A stretch of 63,395 nt of DNA, counting the filler. It is 6 parts of 6 records of this genome, joined end to end, with 100 filler letters (N's around TTAATTAATTAA, not from the genome) between each part and the next. Parts side by side here need not be neighbours in the genome. Positions count along the whole stretch, not along the records: positions 10,961 to 34,773 come from SRR31147125_5185; 5 more parts are not named here. One strand, given 5' to 3'. The notes beneath the pieces are model-generated. The model saw nothing but the letters and a program-made list of their open reading frames with translations. It searched no databases and was not told where the DNA came from. Below are positions 20,990-29,725 of the stretch, piece after piece. The position numbers were made by a program, and so were the translations under genes. The stretch's first letter is position 1, and every line of letters starts with the position of its first letter.

Positions 20990-21403
20990 CTAATTGTCTC
21001 CCATCTTTTCTACAGCTTCATTCACTTGTTGTCTCTTTTTCAGGTAGTGATGCACAGCATCAACAACCTGTTCAATCTCATCTTCATCCAATGGTTTTAT
21101 TGCCCGATAAAATACACCACTCTCTGCGAACAGTTTAATCTTGTGTATTGAATTATCTGCTAAAATTACAATGATCGGTAATTTCGGCCTGATTCTTTTG
21201 ATAATGCTTATCAATTGCGTATTCGAGTTGCTTGATAAATCATAATCAAGGATGAAAAAAGCAATCTCTTCATCTAAAACATTAAAAATCGAGTGGATTT
21301 TAGAGCTGGTAATAAATAGACAATAATCTTTTTTTGTCAAGATTTTGCTAACGACCTTTATTACCTTTGTATCTTCCGTGACGATTATTACATATTTTTT
21401 CAT
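20990..21403 (-). CDS. Stand-alone atypical receiver (CheY-like) domain protein
   Basis: beta1 VIIVTED, beta3 FFILDYD, PKLPIIVI, beta5 KP; no output domain. Confidence 0.75.
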   Translation of the reverse strand: MKKYVIIVTEDTKVIKVVSKILTKKDYCLFITSSKIHSIFNVLDEEIAFFILDYDLSSNSNTQLISIIKRIRPKLPIIVILADNSIHKIKLFAESGVFYRAIKPLDEDEIEQVVDAVHHYLKKRQQVNEAVEKMGDN

Positions 21404-21601
21404 TAACCACTCTCACATTTGTGGTTACAGGAAAAGATGAAATTAAATAAAGCTAAATAAAAAAAATCAACCGCTCTTATTAATTCAGAAAAATAATGTG
21501 GTACTGAAAAATAAATGTACAATATACTTTGAAGAGGAATCGAGAAGCGTGTGAGTAAATGAATACTATAGCGGACAGGTTGCATATTTGATATGGGAAT
21601 A

Positions 21602-21618
21602 AGCCAATATTGTGCCAC
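21602..21618 (-). promoter_or_regulatory. Candidate sigma-54 (-24/-12) promoter
   Basis: GTGGCACAATATTGGCT: TGGCAC box and GG-N10-GC spacing, about 200 nt upstream of the receiver gene. Confidence 0.55.
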
Positions 21619-22286
21619 AATTAATAATTTACGATGAGCAACCAGTATGTAATAATTGTTAAACAGTTAATAGGGTGTAATGGGCCTCACAAAATAAAAC
21701 ACACATGTACAAGTAACCTCTACATAATTACAAAATATATAATAAGTAAGACGACTTTTTTTATGATAATTCGAGTTATTCAAAATATTACATTTTAATT
21801 TTATCTAAATTACATTTTTTTATATCTCCAAAATGTTATTATCATTCATTTACCATAGATGATCCATTTATTGTTCATTTTATTCGACATGACACTCAAT
21901 TAACAACCTATGTAATTGTTTTATATATTCTTACAAAAAGTGTCTTATTTTTTAAACAGTTTTGACTTTTCTGAACAATTGTGCCCTTAAAACAATCCCA
22001 TATTTAAGGCACACCAGAAATATAAAGAATAAAATAAACTCACCATTACACTTGTTCATGGTTGGCAGGAATAAGCTGAACCAGCCTTGCAACAGAATTT
22101 AATGGTTTTTCCATTGTGGCTTAATTTACTCTGAAATTTTCGAATTCGTCAAAGGTTGGTCACATAGTCGGATAATGTGCAAATCCCCGGATTATTTTTA
22201 ATAATAAACCCTTTTATCAAGTTTATCATATCGAATTAATAGAACATTAGCTGATGCGGCTCCACCATCAATGAAGAGTCATTTCT

Positions 22287-22335
22287 TAGTACAGGCGGAA
22301 ATGCGAGTAAACTCAAATTTTTCCCGCCTGTACTA
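22287..22335. terminator. Long hairpin closing the glycan-utilisation cluster
   Basis: Perfect 12-bp arms TAGTACAGGCGG / CCGCCTGTACTA, 8 nt after the stop of ORF 22344-22496. Confidence 0.6.
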
Positions 22336-22343
22336 TTTATTTC

Positions 22344-22496
22344 TTACTGTTGTTTATTTTCTTCTATCTGTTTTGTGAAATGTTTATACAACAAAAAAGC
22401 AACAAGAAATGAAACAGCAAATATAATTGCCGGAATGATATATCCCAGTATAGGATGTCCTATACGTGTCGCCTGTTGTGCCAGGACTGCTATCAT
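22344..22496 (-). CDS. Small single-TM protein (50 aa), absent from the ORF track
   Basis: RBS AGAGGT; MIAVLAQQATRIGHPILGYIIPAIIFAVSFLVAFLLYKHFTKQIEENKQQ*, followed by a hairpin. Confidence 0.65.
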   Translation of the reverse strand: MIAVLAQQATRIGHPILGYIIPAIIFAVSFLVAFLLYKHFTKQIEENKQQ

Positions 22497-22647
22497 CTCA
22501 TACCTCTACTTTAAAGTAAGTTACTATTTTACTATTTTTCGCTCTTTTTATGTTTATTATAATAAATCCATGCACATATCAACCCTGCCAGAGAAAAAAG
22601 ATATGACACAGACATACCGATAACAACATATAATCCCTGATCCATAT

Positions 22648-22938
22648 TTATTTCTCCCAACGTTGAATATCTTCCAAATCATCTAAATATTGTTTTTGTT
22701 TTTTCTCATAACTTGCTGAAACAGAGTTTAATTTGGGATCGATTATCCAAAACATAACAATGGTGATCACTATACCCACTCCCAGCAAAATAAAACCCAA
22801 CGGCAAAAGAAACATCGACATTGCAAGACCCATAGTAATCAAAATATAGCTAAAAGGGGAAAGGATCACTGCAAACCAATCTTCCTTTGTCCATTCATCC
22901 GCTTCATGTGCAGTCCATTTTCTTCTAATAAAAGGCAT
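22648..22938 (-). CDS. Small two-TM protein, probable symporter accessory subunit
   Basis: Starts 2 nt after the SSS stop with RBS GGAGG; two hydrophobic helices. Confidence 0.75.
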   Translation of the reverse strand: MPFIRRKWTAHEADEWTKEDWFAVILSPFSYILITMGLAMSMFLLPLGFILLGVGIVITIVMFWIIDPKLNSVSASYEKKQKQYLDDLEDIQRWEK

Positions 22939-22940
22939 GG

Positions 22941-24564
22941 TTAATCCTCCTTTTCTGATTCTTTTTCAGCTTTTCTATCTAATTCATCGATAGCCTGTAA
23001 CAGCCCTCGTCGTTCCGCCTCTCTTTTCACTGGTCCCCAGAATCCGATAGGACGGGTTTGTACATAAACCTTTACAAGCCTATCCATATCATCCGGTTTG
23101 GTTAAAAAAGTAACAGGTATGTAAATAAATGCCACGAGAATAACCAGAAGCCAAAATTGTATATATTGAGGTAATTCAGGTATAATACCATAGGCAGGTA
23201 GTATCCACACAACCAGCCAGCAGACACCAAGATTGGCAATCCACGCAGATAAATATCCCCACGAATTAAATCGCCACCAAATAACCTGTAAAATATTAGG
23301 CACCCATGTACCAGCGATCATAAGCCACAGGGCAAATAACAACCACTTCGTCACTTCGGCACCGATCATCAGCCCAAAAAAGAATGAACCAATCAGGACA
23401 ACAACTGTCATGATCCTGCCGACCCACACTACTTTCTTTTCACTTGCTTTTGGATTAATATAATGATGATACAGATCTCTGGTAGCATACATGGATCCCA
23501 GATTCAGAATACCGGCTATAGAAGAAATGTGTATGGCCAATATCGCCGCAAAGAAAAATCCAACCATGCCCACCGGAAAGAAATCAAAGCCAATTCTGAA
23601 CCAGGCAAGTTGATAATCAGCTTGATCGTTAAGATTAGGATAGATAACAAAAAACGCTAAAACAGCCAGAGCCCAGATGCCGTTACGAAAAAGGACAGCG
23701 GCCGTCCCCCACCAAATGCTATAGGCTGCGTCTTTAACATTTCTGGCTGATTGAATTCTCTGGGCCTCGACAAACCAGTCAAAGTGAGTGGCCATGCCAA
23801 AGCCCCCAAGAAATGGCACTGCGACCATCGTAAAAAGCCATAAAAGAGGAAATTCACCCGAGACAATACCTGTGAAATGAAAAGGATTAAGCATCCATCC
23901 TTTGCCCATCGCATGTAATTTATCCACAATAGCTGTCGGCCCGCCGGCTGCAATGGCTGCCCAAACAGAAACGAGAATAATGACGATGAACATGGTAATT
24001 CCTTGCTGTACATCAGCAATAATGACACCCCAATAACCTGCTGCAATCACGTAAAGACAGCAGATTGTTGAAAATAAGATCAGGCCTAACCAGAGCGGCC
24101 ACCCGAAAGCATAATGACAAACATTCCCCATGGCAATACCGACCCATCCGGCAATAAACATACAGAGTGCTACCTGCCATCCAGCTAACCAACCACGTAA
24201 AAAGTTCAGCTCCGAGGCCACTAAACCGAAGAGTCTGCCACTCTGCCTGCGTACTTGCTAAAGAACGACGAAATATTCGCGTCGATACCCATGCACTGAT
24301 AGCACACCAACCTGCAAAAAGCGAATACCACATACCCCGCAAACCACCGGCATAAACCCACCCGGAAAACCACATGGGCGTATCTGTTGCCGTGTGAGTA
24401 GCAAAATTGGAAGTGGCTGGCAACCACCATGGTAAACCTCTTCCAGCCAGAAAAAAGTCAGACCCGGAACGCTTACCCATCTTGTAAAAAATCGCTCCAC
24501 ACCCAATCATAAGTATTAAATAAGCAAGGGTCCAAAAGTAGTCTAGTGGTGCAAAATGAACCAT
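22941..24564 (-). CDS. Sodium:solute symporter (SSS family), one apparent frameshift
   Basis: DFFLAGRGLPWW, G.WGVIIAD.QQ, QRIQSARN, WWRFNSWG. Removing one T at 24199-24203 gives GAELLRGW and joins both ORFs. Confidence 0.88.
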
Positions 24565-24726
24565 TCTAGTTTCTCCTTTCGTTTAATATTTCCTTGTTTA
24601 ATAGGTAATGTGAACGTGCAACCTACAAGATTATTTTAAAAGAACAGAGTGTAGTAAACCTTTTATTGAAATTTATTGCTTAATAAATTTGGATCAGCTA
24701 TTAACATATTAAACGTTTTAATTCGC

Positions 24727-25680
24727 TCACTCGTAAGATCCTTCCTTTCTCCATACATCCAGGATCAATTTATATCGTTCCAGATTCATACCAGTGTAAA
24801 TGCAGTTACTTGTTGAAAATATATATCTTCCTCCAGGCATGCCATATTTAAGAGCGTACCGAGCAGATTCCACACACTCTTTATCCGTACCTGTATCTAA
24901 AAGACCGCAATTTACATTGCCAATAAGAGTAACCTTATCCCCAACACGTCTTTTGATTTCCTTCATGTCAATTCCTGCCTGCGGATCAAGTGAATGAAGA
25001 GCATGGGGATTGCATTCTAATAAGCTATCAAGGATTGGCATAATATTACCGTCTGTATGTTTTATTGTATAAAAACCCAAATCACGATAAGCTGAAATCT
25101 GTTTTTTCAAATAGGGAGTTATAACGATATCAAAAACATCCGGTGATAAAAATGGACCGGAATTAAAACAATAATCAGACGTCATGACAATTCCATCAAT
25201 AATCCCGTATCCGGCCATTTTTTCTGCACCCCGAATCCAGGTATCTACCTGTTCCTGGGCTTTCTGCTTCACCTGCTCCATGTTTTCATAAATCCAATAC
25301 ACAAAATCAGCAAGTTCCTGCCCGGATGGTATGGCAAATGTGGCATCCCCATCTACCAATAGAAAATATTTATCATTTGTTTTTTCCCGGACAATTTCAG
25401 CAAGACGTATACATTCCTCAGGACTCCATGGATTGGGATGCAAAAAAATCGCACTCCATTCAAAGGTCTCTGCTATCTGGATATGAATATCTGCAATATC
25501 TTCACGATGCAGCTGTCGTTCCTTTTCTGACATCTGAATCCATTGATCGTAACGCCTCTGAGACGGATGGACCCGTCCAAAAGATTCCATTGTTAGAAAA
25601 AATTCAAGTTCAAAATGTGGTACTCGCCCACTTATTTCCTTACCTTCCAGAACGGAAATAAAACGTTCTCTTTCGGTCAT
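24727..25680 (-). CDS. Uroporphyrinogen decarboxylase / MtaA-CmuA superfamily protein
   Basis: MTERERF start, SDYCFNSGPFLSP, KHTDGNIMPILD, HSLDPQAG, LIGNV, GGRYIFSTSNCI. Confidence 0.85.
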   Translation of the reverse strand: MTERERFISVLEGKEISGRVPHFELEFFLTMESFGRVHPSQRRYDQWIQMSEKERQLHREDIADIHIQIAETFEWSAIFLHPNPWSPEECIRLAEIVREKTNDKYFLLVDGDATFAIPSGQELADFVYWIYENMEQVKQKAQEQVDTWIRGAEKMAGYGIIDGIVMTSDYCFNSGPFLSPDVFDIVITPYLKKQISAYRDLGFYTIKHTDGNIMPILDSLLECNPHALHSLDPQAGIDMKEIKRRVGDKVTLIGNVNCGLLDTGTDKECVESARYALKYGMPGGRYIFSTSNCIYTGMNLERYKLILDVWRKEGSYE

Positions 25681-25826
25681 TCTATACTCCCTCACTATGG
25701 CAATAATAATAGGTAGCTGTTCTATGTCATCTCATCAAAAGGTCAGGAATCCAAACAAGATGCCGCACTGTTAATATGGACATAAATCGTTTTATATTTA
25801 AGACAACTATTTCGATTTAAAAAAGT

Positions 25827-26231
25827 CTATTGCTTTAACCATTGAACAAATTCAATGATATTATTATCCGGATCTGTAATATACAACCACTTTACCATAT
25901 CCGGGATCTCCAGAGGACCTTCAAGAACTGGCACACCCTGTTCCTCTAAAGTACTGACAAGCTGCTCCATATTTTCTGTTTTAAATGCCAGATGCGGACA
26001 ATAGGGTTGTTTTGTGTTATTGTTTACATAAGGTATTGGATTATTTTGTTCATCCAAAAGTTGTAATAATTCCAGTTTGCCGCCACCGAATTCCAGATAA
26101 GCAAAGGCTTCATGATGAGATTCATCTTTTGTTCTGGATAACAATTCCAAACCAAGTGTTTTATTATAAAACTCTATGGATATATCCAAATCAGTAACAC
26201 GGAATGCAAAGTGATCCAGAGTCGGTACCAT
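25827..26231 (-). CDS. VOC / glyoxalase family protein
   Basis: LDHFAFRV, LELL, PHLAF, DPDNNIIEF: His/Glu/His/Glu metal ligands. Confidence 0.9.
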   Translation of the reverse strand: MVPTLDHFAFRVTDLDISIEFYNKTLGLELLSRTKDESHHEAFAYLEFGGGKLELLQLLDEQNNPIPYVNNNTKQPYCPHLAFKTENMEQLVSTLEEQGVPVLEGPLEIPDMVKWLYITDPDNNIIEFVQWLKQ

Positions 26232-26261
26232 TTGATTAACCTTTTTCTTTCATGAAAGTTA

Positions 26262-27659
26262 TTATTGTACGTTTTCATCCAATTTATAAAGAAATATTTG
26301 TTTCGAAAAAACATGACTATTCTCTTTGGCTACCAGCCGGTTATAAGCGATAATAGAACCATCATGAGACCATACATGATTCATGGGTTTTGAAAGGCCA
26401 CCTGGCGTTAGACGTGTAAATTCCCCAAACGACTCTCCTTCTCTAACATCACATAGAACAAGACTGTTATCCCATACATATGAAATCCAGTTACCGTTGG
26501 GATGCCATCTTACACCACTTTGTACCGGGGAATTATGGTGCGTAACCTGAACAGGCGCTCCACCTTCCGGTGATATAAAAAAGACCTGATCATTTCCCTG
26601 ATCATCCCTGGCAATATAGGCAATTCGTGATCCATCTGTAGAGGAACGAACAACGCCAGTACAACCTGGAAAAGCCGTGTCTGCGGTAAAAGTGAGCCTA
26701 CGCTGCACAGTGCCTTTGGGAGGCATTGGAAAAGATGTTCTGGTGCCTTGTAAAGGTCCGTATTCACCTGGAACATCGATGCGCTCGGGAATATCCACAA
26801 TAAAAACTTCTTCAACTGGTTTACCGTCTTTATTTATAACCTGGCCCAGAAAAGCTCGTGCCCGCTGATATGAACCATCCGTTTTTTGGTAACCTTTGTC
26901 TCCAACCCAACTATCCCCTGCTGCACGGCTTATTTCATCTGATCCGGGCCGGGGCTCTGGTACAACCCGAACAACCAGTACGGTGAACCAGGTTCCATCA
27001 TTATTTTCACCTTCTGAATCCCGGTCAACTTTTACAGGCTTGATTTCTGTAGAAACACCAATGGTTCGCAAATTCCAGGGAATTCCTGTTTTATCTTCAT
27101 ATGCTTTCATAATCGCATCATTATACGTAAAACCAATCCATTTGCCGTCGCCTGACCATTCATGCCGGTGCGTACCGCCTCTCAAAGCTCCGGGAGTAAA
27201 GGGAGGTGTAATATCACGGGCATCCATAAAAATGGGTGTGTCAGGCTTTGCTTTGTCGATGATGACGCCCGTACGTCTCCACTGCGCATACGGTCGTTCT
27301 GAATTACAATTGGCCAGGCCATGAATAAAGATCGTTTTATTGTCCACATGACTCTCATTCGCAGCCCCGACTCCCGGACCGAACCGGGTCGTATTTTTCG
27401 ATTCGTAAATAACTTCACTTTGCCCGGTTTCGATGTTTATTTTTTCAATTGTGCGACAACCACCAATCCCGCCGTCATCTGTACGCGTATCATAAACCAA
27501 CCACTTGTCATCCGGTGTAAAGTTATCACTGTTATCCAAATCGAAATTTTTCTCAAGATTCATTGTCAGTTGAATTTCATGTCCTCCTTTTTCACTACAT
27601 GAGACCAGAACAAAAACACATAATATAGCCAAGAAACAAAACTTGTATTTATTTCTCAT
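26262..27659 (-). CDS. DUF3748 (YidR-like) TolB-type beta-propeller lipoprotein
   Basis: Lipobox LVSC; WLVYDTR, DARDITPPFTPGALRGGTHRH, FTYND, QRRLTFT. Confidence 0.8.
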   Translation of the reverse strand: MRNKYKFCFLAILCVFVLVSCSEKGGHEIQLTMNLEKNFDLDNSDNFTPDDKWLVYDTRTDDGGIGGCRTIEKINIETGQSEVIYESKNTTRFGPGVGAANESHVDNKTIFIHGLANCNSERPYAQWRRTGVIIDKAKPDTPIFMDARDITPPFTPGALRGGTHRHEWSGDGKWIGFTYNDAIMKAYEDKTGIPWNLRTIGVSTEIKPVKVDRDSEGENNDGTWFTVLVVRVVPEPRPGSDEISRAAGDSWVGDKGYQKTDGSYQRARAFLGQVINKDGKPVEEVFIVDIPERIDVPGEYGPLQGTRTSFPMPPKGTVQRRLTFTADTAFPGCTGVVRSSTDGSRIAYIARDDQGNDQVFFISPEGGAPVQVTHHNSPVQSGVRWHPNGNWISYVWDNSLVLCDVREGESFGEFTRLTPGGLSKPMNHVWSHDGSIIAYNRLVAKENSHVFSKQIFLYKLDENVQ

Positions 27660-27667
27660 TTTTCCCT

Positions 27668-29650
27668 CTAGTTAAGTTTATTCTTCACATAATAGAAATA
27701 ACCGTCTTCAGCCCCTATAAGCAGGTCAGGAACACCATTTTTATCCCAGTCTACTATTGTCGGACTCGTTGTATGGCCAGCAAGAATATGATGACTGAGC
27801 TCCCCCATATCCTGAAAAACATATTCTGTACTGTTTTTTTCAGACACATTGCGTAAAAAAGTAACATTTTTGCTATTAACCAACAGATCCATCTTGCCAT
27901 CCTGGTCCCAATCTGCGAAACAGAGTTTACGACGGCCACTTCCTCCGGCTTCTTTTGTATTTAACTGCAACAGCCCATATTCTTCATTTTTTGCTTGTTG
28001 TCTCCCATCAAAGGCCGATGGGCCAAAACCATGAAACACTCGCTTTCCAGGCATCAGAACAAGCTCTCCATCTTGTTTGACTCGCTCAAACAAGGCCAGA
28101 TAACCTTCGTGATCCAGCATGACGATATCGTTGAGTCCATCCTGATTAAAATCAACAACAGACGGGGTTGTTCGCCATTGGGTCACCAGGTTGTTTTCTT
28201 CAGGTTGCCACCAGTACCAAGCCGGTTTTGGATTTTCGCCCGACAAATTCACCTTTATTGGCTTCGCAGAGGAAAGCTTTGGAGAAGTACGCGTACCAAT
28301 ATTCCGATACCATAAAATTTTGCCCCAAATCGAGTTAACAAGAATGTCCGGCAGTTTATCATGATCCCAATCAGCAACCGATATGGTTGTATAACCCCAT
28401 TTAGCCTCGCATGGTCCCTGAATGGAACCGTTATATCCTGCCTGAATACGAATAACTTTATTGTCAGCTCCCAAATAAATGGGTTCTGCCCATGCGGGAG
28501 GATCTCCGCCATCTAGATTTTCAATAAAACCAATATATCCGGCTGTATTCCCGCATAAAAGATCTTCATCTCCATCACCATCCCAATCATAGCTAACAGG
28601 TGTTACCAGTGCGCCAAATTTGACATCATCAGCACGCTGCCTGAAAAACTGAGGCGGCAAAAACTGGGGTTGACTGCCAAGTACCAAACCGGTATTCTCG
28701 ATAAACGCGACCCGACCATCTTCCTGACCAACCACAAAATCAACATCGCCATCCTTGTCCCAATCAAAGGCAACTGGCACGATCATTTCAAGATCCATGG
28801 TAATGGGTTTACCGTCATAGCTCAGAAATTGTCCACGAGTATATTTTGCTTTTTGTCGTGTTCCTATATTTTCAAAAAATGTAAGCCGATCCAAAAATTC
28901 ACCACAAACGAGATCTAAATCGCCATCATTGTCCATATCAACGAAATTGGGTGTAGGCATTCCATAAACATCAATGGGCTTACCATCAGCGTTAAGTTTT
29001 TTCGGTGATTCATATTCAGGTTTTTCATTTGTACCCCTGTTACGAAGCAAATAGATATAACCATGCAATGGGCCACGAGTCCATTCGCCCTGTGCGTTAA
29101 AGGCATTATCCCATCCATAATCGGTCCAGTCACCAACTCCAACGATTAAATCAAGGTTATTATCTCCATCATAATCGCAATACCTCCATTGGTTGGCCCG
29201 TACTTTATTGGGATGAATGTTGTCCACATCATAAATCTGAATTTTCTTTTTGAAATTTGAATTTATAAAATCAGCAAGTTCCTGCCCCGGTGTCAGCAAA
29301 CGTACATGATCTCCGATATAGGACGGCTGAATATTCTTTTCAGCAGGTGCTACTTTTACGCCAGGTTCGAATACTGGCATTTTTACGTCGCCACTGGTAT
29401 TTTCGAATAAATAAATACCATTATAAGGCTTGTCCGGACAGGACACCAGCAAGTCATAATCACCATCGTCATCATAATCCATTGGAAGCGGCCATGCCCA
29501 CAAGCCAACACCCAGATCAACTTCAAGACCGGGATTGTTATATTTCATTCGCTGTAATTTCTGATTATGACTTGTACAGGAAATCATAAAAACGAGTGCA
29601 ACCAGAATTGCGATTAAAAGAAAAAGTTTATTAACTCTTATCTTACTCAT
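27668..29650 (-). CDS. FG-GAP/VCBS repeat lipoprotein
   Basis: Lipobox MISC; about nine D[WY]D.DGD.DL calcium-blade repeats. Confidence 0.85.
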   Translation of the reverse strand: MSKIRVNKLFLLIAILVALVFMISCTSHNQKLQRMKYNNPGLEVDLGVGLWAWPLPMDYDDDGDYDLLVSCPDKPYNGIYLFENTSGDVKMPVFEPGVKVAPAEKNIQPSYIGDHVRLLTPGQELADFINSNFKKKIQIYDVDNIHPNKVRANQWRYCDYDGDNNLDLIVGVGDWTDYGWDNAFNAQGEWTRGPLHGYIYLLRNRGTNEKPEYESPKKLNADGKPIDVYGMPTPNFVDMDNDGDLDLVCGEFLDRLTFFENIGTRQKAKYTRGQFLSYDGKPITMDLEMIVPVAFDWDKDGDVDFVVGQEDGRVAFIENTGLVLGSQPQFLPPQFFRQRADDVKFGALVTPVSYDWDGDGDEDLLCGNTAGYIGFIENLDGGDPPAWAEPIYLGADNKVIRIQAGYNGSIQGPCEAKWGYTTISVADWDHDKLPDILVNSIWGKILWYRNIGTRTSPKLSSAKPIKVNLSGENPKPAWYWWQPEENNLVTQWRTTPSVVDFNQDGLNDIVMLDHEGYLALFERVKQDGELVLMPGKRVFHGFGPSAFDGRQQAKNEEYGLLQLNTKEAGGSGRRKLCFADWDQDGKMDLLVNSKNVTFLRNVSEKNSTEYVFQDMGELSHHILAGHTTSPTIVDWDKNGVPDLLIGAEDGYFYYVKNKLN

Positions 29651-29725
29651 AATTCATCCTTATTCATATAGCAGGTTATATCTAACACATATTTTCAATA
29701 TTTATTAGAGTTTCACATGACAAGT

